The translations under genes were made by a program, and so were the position numbers. A stretch of 63,614 nucleotides of DNA, counting the filler, from Reclinomonas americana ATCC 50394 (lineage: Eukaryota): NCBI GenBank assembly GCA_048213135.1. It is 9 parts of 5 records of this genome, joined end to end, with 100 filler letters (N's around TTAATTAATTAA, not from the genome) between each part and the next. Parts side by side here need not be neighbours in the genome. Positions count along the whole stretch, not along the records: positions 53,279 to 55,572 come from PS015484.1; positions 55,673 to 63,614 come from PS015484.1; 7 more parts are not named here. One strand, 5' to 3'. The notes beneath the pieces were generated by a model. The model was not told where the DNA came from, ran no database searches, and saw only the letters and a program-made list of their open reading frames with translations. How positions within the stretch are numbered: the first letter of the stretch is position 1; the number at the start of each line of letters is the position of its first letter. Below, piece after piece: positions 55,566 through 63,614 of the stretch.

Positions 55566-57255
55566 AGAAGAGNNNNNNNNNNNNNNNNNNNNNNNNNNNN
55601 NNNNNNNNNNNNNNNNTTAATTAATTAANNNNNNNNNNNNNNNNNNNNNNNNNNNNNNNNNNNNNNNNNNNNAAGAGGAAGGCTGCAATGGTCGTCCACT
55701 GTTGCCTCCACCACCACCAGTGGGAGGTGAGCTGCGCGGGTCCATCAGCTGAGAAGAAAATCAGATATCCGCGAGCAGCGAGGTGGGACAGATTCGGTGA
55801 CAAATGCAATATTTGATCCAAAACACCACATGAGCACCAATCTCCAAGGCAGCAGTAGTTCCTTGTGGGTACCTCCTTGTGCATGTATTTCGCTGGCAAC
55901 TGCAAGTCGAGAATTTGCAATTCGAATTCCAGTGTTCGCTGCGACAGCAACAACAACAATTCATTCACCAACAAACAAGCAACAGCTGCCTTGATGCCCA
56001 AGTTCAACCGTATCCAAAACATCAACACAGACACCAATCTTGAGGCAGCAGCAGGTTTCTTGTGTGTGTGTGCGTGTGTTCGCTCTCGGAGCTCCGAACA
56101 AGTCGAGAACTGCGATCTTCACCGCATAAGCGTGGTTGACCAGTGGATCCGGATTTGACGCACTTGCACAGACCGATCATACACGGCACATCGAATTCGG
56201 GAAAAGGCCATAAGCCAGGCAAACAAAGCAAAGCCGGGTCCGGATCCGAGAAGCAGGCAAAGCAAAAGCAGTGGAGTAGTCGTCGACGTCGTTGGTGGCG
56301 GGGTTGAACAAAAGAGAGCTTGTCAGGCATCCAAAACGCCACACGAACAACAAGCTCGAATGCAGCGGTCGGGTTTCCATGTGCACATGCATGTTTGTCG
56401 CTGGCAGCTGCAAGTCGACAGCTGCAGTTAGCGATTCGAATTCACGGTAGTGCGAGCGTGGATGGACCCGACTATCGGCCGACTTGGTGGACAAGCTGCA
56501 AGACATGGCTGTAAGTGGATGCATATGACGCATCCGTTGCAGCGACGCCTTCTTCGCGTTTCACGGATCCGAATTCGAGCTGTGCTTGACCTGCTCGCGA
56601 TCTCTGTGCGATCTAAACCTTTTCGAGCCCGGCGGTAGTATGCTATCTGCACCGCATAATAGCATGTCGATGAACAGTGGACTTGTCGCACTTGCACTTG
56701 CACCAGTCGTTTTCTGTGGTCGTGTTCGTTCCAGAAACCAGTTTCGACTTCGAACCCGTGAAGCACGAAGCGGAAGAAGTCTTTGCTGGAACGGATGCGT
56801 ATCATGCGCCTACTGGCAACCATACCTTGACCCTTGACCACCTCACCCGGTGGTCGGGTCCTGAAGTCCGTGGAGAGACATTCAAAAACCAGCTTCGAAT
56901 CCGTCGAATTCGATCGCTGCCGAAATCGATGCTGTTGCAGCGCGCGGGTCCTGATCTCGGCAACACTTGCTGCGACACGCTAGTCGGAAGTGTTGGTTTG
57001 GCTGAGCCCGCATGAGGTATGCCTCCCACTCGCCAGCGGACTTTGTGTTCGAAATCGCCATCGATATCGTCGTTACACAACTTCACGAATTGCAAAGTTC
57101 TGCACTGCAGGCAGGCAAAGCAGGTGCAATGGCAACCAAACTCCCCTGCTGTCTGCACATTCTTCGGGAGCACTTGCAATTGCATTGACCCCTTTTGCGC
57201 ATTTGTCCGCAGTGTGTGCCCTCTCGCCCCCTTCGCTCCCCCCTCTCTCTTTGCC

Positions 57256-58230
57256 ATGAGCAATCGCACACGATCGTGGTGCTCCGCCTCTCTCCCGGTG
57301 TCTCACCGATGGCACCCACTCCTCCTCCTGCTCATTCTCGTCGGCGTCTCCATCACAATGATCATTCTCGGCCTCGCCAATGTCATCAACTTTCCCGGAA
57401 TCATCCCGCAGGATGTGGTGGTGAGTGTATCACACACACACAGAGGNNNNNNNNNNNNNNNNNNNNNNNNNNNNNNNNNNNNNNNNNNNNNNNNNNNNNN
57501 NNNNNNNNNNNNNNNNNNNNNNNNNNNNNNNNNNNNNNNNNNNNNNNNNNNNNNNNNNNNNNNNNNNNNNNNNNNNNNNNNNNNNNNNNNNNNNNNNNNN
57601 NNNNNNNNNNNNNNNNNNNNNNNNNNNNNNNNNNNNNNNNNNNNNNNNNNNNNNNNNNNNNNNNNNNNNNNNNNNNNNNNNNNNNNNNNNNNNNNNNNNN
57701 NNNNNNNNNNNNNNNNNNNNNNNNNNNNNNNNNNNNNNNNNNNNNNNNNNNNNNNNNNNNNNNNNNNNNNNNNNNNNNNNNNNNNNNNNNNNNNNNNNNN
57801 NNNNNNNNNNNNNNNNNNNNNNNNNNNNNNNNNNNNNNNNNNNNNNNNNNNNNNNNNNNNNNNNNNNNNNNNNNNNNNNNNNNNNNNNNNNNNNNNNNNN
57901 NNNNNNNNNNNNNNNNNNNNNNNNNNNNNNNNNNNNNNNNNNNNNNNNNNNNNNNNNNNNNNNNNNNNNNNNNNNNNNNNNNNNNNNNNNNNNNNNNNNN
58001 NNNNNNNNNNNNNNNNNNNNNNNNNNNNNNNNNNNNNNNNNNNNNNNNNNNNNNNNNNNNNNNNNNNNNNNNNNNNNNNNNNNNNNNNNNNNNNNNNNNN
58101 NNNNNNNNNNNNNNNNNNNNNNNNNNNNNNNNNNNNNNNNNNNNNNNNNNNNNNNNNNNNNNNNNNNNNNNNNNNNNNNNNNNNNNNNNNNNNNNNNNNN
58201 NNNNNNNNNNNNNNNNNNNNNNNNGACGAC

Positions 58231-58296
<66 letters not shown>

Positions 58297-60262
58297 GGAA
58301 GGAGAGGGGAGGAAAGAGTTGCATGTGCGTTTCTTTGACTTGTTTCTCCGCCTTTGTTCGCGTGCACGCTCGCTGAGAGGGAAGCAGAGAAAGAGAGAGA
58401 GAGCAAGAGAGAGAAGTGTGCAATAGTGTGTGCATTGACTGCACTCTCTCTTTCACACACTTGCTCTCTTGCACACTCACACACTCTCCCTCACACTCTC
58501 CCACACACTCACAGAGAGGTTGACAGAGTCACAAAGAAAGAACAGAGTGAGAAAAGTGAGTTTGCAAGTGTGCGACTCACGTTCTCTACCACACATTCTC
58601 ATTGAGGAGCACACACAGAGAGAAAGAGAGCAGAAAGAGAGAAAAGTGCGTGTTTGCAAGTGAGAATGCACTGTGTTACTCACTGTCTCTCACGCTCTCT
58701 CTCTCTCTCTCTCATGCACACACTCATGCACACTCTTTGACACACTTTGCGCATTCCGAACAATACCTTACAACTGCTGCACTCACTCCCACACACTGCT
58801 GCACACGTGATGCACGCTTGCCTTCCTCTCTCTCTCACTCTCATTCTCTCACAAGAACGCGCACAACAAACGCCTCACAAACGCGCGCGGGCGACATTGC
58901 CATCGCGCGTGCTCTCACACTCTTCCTCCTTCTTTGCCTTTTTGCACAGGTTTTCTACAGTTTGTTTGGCCTTCTTTTTGTGCTGATGATGCTCGCGGCG
59001 CTCTCTGATGGCTTGCGGAGGTGGTTCTCGCGGCCACTGATCCGTCCGACTGCGTGGTGTGCCATGACGCGCAGTGAGGCGCTCGTCACCTGCGTGTACA
59101 TTGGCATGAATGCGTGGTGGTTTGCCTTTTTCTATAATCATATGTTGCGTGTGTGAGGAGGACGAGGGGAAAAGGGAGAAGGGCGGGGAAGGGAGAGGGA
59201 GGGACAGGTCTTCATTTTTCCGAGAAGTGATCTTTGTGTTCTTCGTGTGCCTTCTTCTCTGGCTGTTTCTTGCTCTGCGTGGTTCTCTCCTCCTTCTGCA
59301 TCCTGCATCTGGCATGCTGTCTGTCTGCGCCGTTCTGAAAGAGTCGCAGAATTTGAATCTCGGTCATGAGTTACATATTTTTTCCAACAAGATGTCTTGG
59401 TGCTTTCGTGTTCCTCTGCTGTTGCTTGCTCTGTGTGCGCAGTTCTTCTCTCCTTCTGCTCCTGCATCTGGTGTTCTTTCTATCTGCGCCGTTCCTGAGG
59501 TGTCACACGTGTTCGATCCCCGTTTCTGCCTACACTTCATGCATTCTTTCTTCCCTCTCTGCATGAATGCGTGGTGGTTTGCCTTTTTCTATAATCATAT
59601 GTTGCGTGTGAGGAGGACGAGGGGAGAAAGGAGGAGGGGGAATGAGGGGAAGGGAGAGGGAGGGACAGGTCTTCATTTTTTTCTGAGAAGTATATCTTGA
59701 GTTGCCTTTGCATGTGCGCTTTCTTCTGCCTCTGGCTGTTGCTTGCTCTGTGTGCTTGCGTGGTACTCTCCTCCTTCTGCATCCTGCATTCGTTTTGTCA
59801 GCGTCGTTCTGGAAGAGTCGCAGAGTTTGAATCTCGGTCATGAGTTACATATTTTTCCAACAAGATGTTTGGTGTTCTTCGTGTGCTTTCTTCTGCTCAG
59901 GCTGCTTGTCCTCTCCTCTCCTTTCCTCGTTTTCCTCCCTTTGCCTCACTTTCTCCCTCCGCAGCACCGCCCCCGATTCAATCCTCGCGCGCACATTCGG
60001 CCACATGATCGACATCAACCTCCCCCTGGTGTTCTTCCCGGTGTCTCGCAACTCGGTGTGGGAGCTGCTGTTCAGCATCTCCTTTGAGCGCGTGATCAAG
60101 TTCCATCGCTGGATTGGTCGCATGGTGAGAGGCAGGGAGATAGCAAGAGTGAGAGAGTGATAGAGAAAGGGAGATTGTTTGTGAGCGATTCTCGACATGC
60201 ATGATGTGTGTGAGTGGGCTTTGTTATTGTCTTTGTGTCTCTTTATTTCTCTCTCTCTCTGT

Positions 60263-60344
<82 letters not shown>

Positions 60345-61151
60345 NNNNNNNNNNNNNNNNNNNNNNNNNNNNNNNNNNNNNNNNNNNNNNNNNNNNNNNN
60401 NNNNNNNNNNNNNNNNNNNNNNNNNNNNNNNNNNNNNNNNNNNNNNNNNNNNNNNNNNNNNNNNNNNNNNNNNNNNNNNNNNNNNNNNNNNNNNNNNNNN
60501 NNNNNNNNNNNNNNNNNNNNNNNNNNNNNNNNNNNNNNNNNNNNNNNNNNNNNNNNNNNNNNNNNNNNNNNNNNNNNNNNNNNNNNNNNNNNNNNNNNNN
60601 NNNNNNNNNNNNNNNNNNNNNNNNNNNNNNNNNNNNNNNNNNNNNNNNNNNNNNNNNNNNNNNNNNNNNNNNNNNNNNNNNNNNNNNNNNNNNNNNNNNN
60701 NNNNNNNNNNNNNNNNNNNNNNNNNNNNNNNNNNNNNNNNNNNNNNNNNNNNNNNNNNNNNNNNNNNNNNNNNNNNNNNNNNNNNNNNNNNNNNNNNNNN
60801 NNNNNNNNNNNNNNNNNNNNNNNNNNNNNNNNNNNNNNNNNNNNNNNNNNNNNNNNNNNNNNNNNNNNNNNNNNNNNNNNNNNNNNNNNNNNNNNNNNNN
60901 NNNNNNNNNNNNNNNNNNNNNNNNNNNNNNNNNNNNNNNNNNNNNNNNNNNNNNNNNNNNNNNNNNNNNNNNNNNNNNNNNNNNNNNNNNNNNNNNNNNN
61001 NNNNNNNNNNNNNNNNNNNNNNNNNNNNNNNNNNNNNNNNNNNNNNNNNNNNNNNNNNNNNNNNNNNNNNNNNNNNNNNNNNNNNNNNNNNNNNNNNNNN
61101 NNNNNNNNNNNNNNNNNNNNNNNNNNNNNNNNNNNNNNNNNNNNNNNNNNN

Positions 61152-61190
<39 letters not shown>

Positions 61191-63515
61191 CTCTCTCTCT
61201 CTCGCTCTCTCTCTCTCTCGTCTCTCGCTCTCTCTCGCTCTCTCTCTCGCTCGCTCTCTCTCTCTCGCTCTCGCTCTCTCTCTCTCTCTCTCTCTCCCGC
61301 ATTGTCCCTGTGCGTACATCCCTTTTCCCTGACCTCGACACTTCTGTGTCTTCATGCAGATCTTCGTCTGGATGACTTGCCACCTCACCACGTGGTGGAT
61401 CTACTGGGGCTCCAATGGCGAGCTGCTGGCCAACGCTTTCCAGAACAACGGCTACATTGCTGTCGAGTTTGGCGACTGGACTGTTGCGTTTCATGTGATG
61501 AATCGGCGGGGCTGATTTGTCTTTGTCTGGTCAGCTCCTCTCTCTCTTTCTCTCTCTCTGTGCTGAGGACAACCCTTGTCACCTGTTTCTCTCGTCTCTC
61601 CCTCTTCTTCCATCCTCTCCCTTCCCCCCTTACCCTTCCCCCGTTTACCCTCACCCCTTTTCCCCTTCCCCTTCTCCCCCCTCCGCAGATTCCGTACGCC
61701 GAGTTCGCCTACCTCAGCATGATCGTGCTGGCCACCGCCGCCCTGGAACCCGTGCGTCGCCGCTTCTTCGAAGTCTTCTACTACGTGCACCACCTCTACA
61801 TCCCCATCATCATCTTTGCCAACATCCACTCGTGGGAGCAGTGGAAGTACCTCGGCCCGCCCTTTGCGCTCTACGTGCTGGATCGGTGAGAGACTCTCCT
61901 GTTCCTCTCCATGCCCACTCTCTCTTCTCTCTCACTTCCCCCTTCCCCTCCCCCGCAGCGTCCAGCGCTACTACAGCGGCCAGCTCGGCACCCGCCTCGT
62001 CAACTGCACGTGGGAGAACTGCGGCGACGACCACGTCTCGCACCTGGAGCTCGCCAAACCCGACTTTTACTTCCGACCCGGCCAGTACGTGTTTGTCAAC
62101 GTGCCGGCCATCTCCGTGCACCAGTGGCACCCGTTCTCGATTTCGTCGTTCAACCCGCGCAGTCCCACCTTCACGTGCACCATCAAGGACATTGGCAATC
62201 GCTTCAACCGCGAAGGCTGGACCGCCAAGCTGGCCACCCTCGCCTCGTCCAAGCAGCCGTTCGCCGTGTGTGTCGACGGCCCGTACGGCGGCCTGAGTCT
62301 GCAACTCGAAGATTATCGCACGATTTTGCTCGTGTGCGGCGGCATTGGTATCACGCCGCTCCTCTCGATTGCGGCGGCGGCGCTGCGACAGAGGCGGCAA
62401 GTGCACTTTGTGTGGGCGGTGCGATCGGCCGGCATGGTGCGGTTGCCGTGTTTTGTTGGTAAGTGCTATATGGGGGAAGGGGGGAGAGAGGGGGAAAGGG
62501 GAAGAGAGAGGGAAGGGAAGGGAAGAGGTGTAAGGCAGGGTGAGGGAGAGGGCGAAGGGGGAGACAAAGGATCAGCGAAGAAGGACGGTAGAGGGAGAGG
62601 ATAAAGGAGAGAAAATGAAATGACGAGGTCGACTTCGAGGGAGAGAAGAGCGAGAGTGCACAGAGGCAAGCCAGGCAGGGATCGTTGTGCATGTGTGTGT
62701 GTGTGTGTGTGTGTGTGAGACTGACAGAACAACAGACAGAAGAGAGAGAACGGGATTGGCATTGACTCGAACAAGGAGAGCAGAGAAAGGGAGTTTAACG
62801 ATGTTAGTTTGCATTTGGAAGACGGAATGAGATGGGTGCGACTTGACGGTGAAAGGGGGCGAGAGTGAGAGGCTGAAAGAGAAGTCAACGAATATCGAGG
62901 GGGGAGAGAGTTTGTGTGCGGTAGGCAGCGACATTGACTGAATAGGGACAACTTGCACCCTTCCTCTCCTCCTTCCCTGAATGAGAGAGATAGAGAATGG
63001 GCTTCTGTCCTCTTGCGTGTAAAAAAGAGAAATAGTACAACGCGAACCCTTCTTCTCCTTTCCCTGTGGATGATCTTGAGACTGGGCCTGTGTTCTTGTC
63101 CGCAAGAGGTTGCAACAGCACAACTTCCAACTCTCCTTGTTCCCCTCTCCCTAATGAATGGGGCTTCTATACCCTTCCTCCTCCTTCCGCTGAATTCCCC
63201 TTCCCTCTTCGCGCAGCCTTCATGCGCTGGATGGAGGAGGAGCACCACGGCGACCACTTCCACGTGCGCATCCACATCACCAGCGGTACGATTCTGGATG
63301 GCGATCGACGCCTGCACAGCGGTCGTCCGCAGTACCCGGCCCTGTTTGAGAGCGTGCGCGACGCTGCTCTGTCGAGGAGAGAAACCAACGTGGCGGCGTT
63401 TGTGTGCGGCCCCTCGGCAATGGTGTTGGCCGTGCGACAGGAGGCGCATCGCATCTCCAATCTGCCGTCGTCCCCCATCTATTTTGATGTTCACTCGGAG
63501 ACTTTTGAGTTGTAA
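57256..63515 (+). CDS. Ferric-chelate reductase / NADPH-oxidase-superfamily flavocytochrome b (FRE/FRO-like), multi-exon
   Basis: PVSRNS...IKFHRWIGRM|IFVWMTCH and RRRFFEVFYYVHHLY...IH (heme His pairs); FRPGQYVFV and WHPFSISS (FAD); DGPYG, VCGGIGITP, FVWAVR, GRP, FVCGPSAM and HSETF (NADPH). No EF-hands seen. Confidence 0.95.
59104..59870 (+). repeat. About 460-bp tandem duplication covering an exon 3' end, its donor and intron sequence
   Basis: gcatgaatgcgtggtggtttgcctttttctataatcatatgttgcgtgtg occurs at 59104 and 59561; gagtcgcaga..tttgaatctcggtcatgagttacat occurs at 59341 and about 59815. Confidence 0.9.
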
Positions 63516-63614
63516 TCCATTTCCCGCCCGTACCATTTCCCCCCCTTTTGTCCACCCTAGTAAGTACCAAGATATCACTTTTTTCAATGAAATTTTTAAC
63601 TGTGACACACACAC

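Noticed and set aside
55673..57250. Unique-sequence region with several 80-155 aa ORFs and a short internal duplication
   Set aside because: No coherent frame, splice pattern or recognisable domain; cannot support a gene or mobile-element call.

Overview
Intron-rich eukaryotic (protist-like) genomic DNA from a gapped draft assembly. It has many N-gaps, eight artificial 100-nt N-TTAATTAATTAA-N joins, (CT)n/(GA)n-rich introns and TACG-rich read-end junk. Genes rebuilt by hand from exons: two tandem ankyrin-repeat paralogues (+); an orphan Cys-rich membrane protein (-); a roughly 16-exon AMP deaminase (-) head-to-head with a typical 2-Cys peroxiredoxin (+); a stefin-type cystatin that appears to splice onto a hydrophobic, Cys-rich first exon (+); an IQ-motif low-complexity protein (-); three tandem secreted EGF-stalk/Asp-box beta-propeller genes plus two relics (-); a multi-pass membrane protein (-); and a ferric reductase/NOX-superfamily flavocytochrome (+). 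Two signals stand out. (1) About ten introns use a +1-shifted donor, GTTG(C/A)G(T), alongside the ordinary GTG(A/C)GT; most of these are fixed by reading frame and family motifs. (2) The tandem EGF/propeller family has 7 or 14 blades, variable stalk length, and variation concentrated in blade loops on a near-invariant scaffold. All family assignments come from motif recognition by eye; no database search was run.
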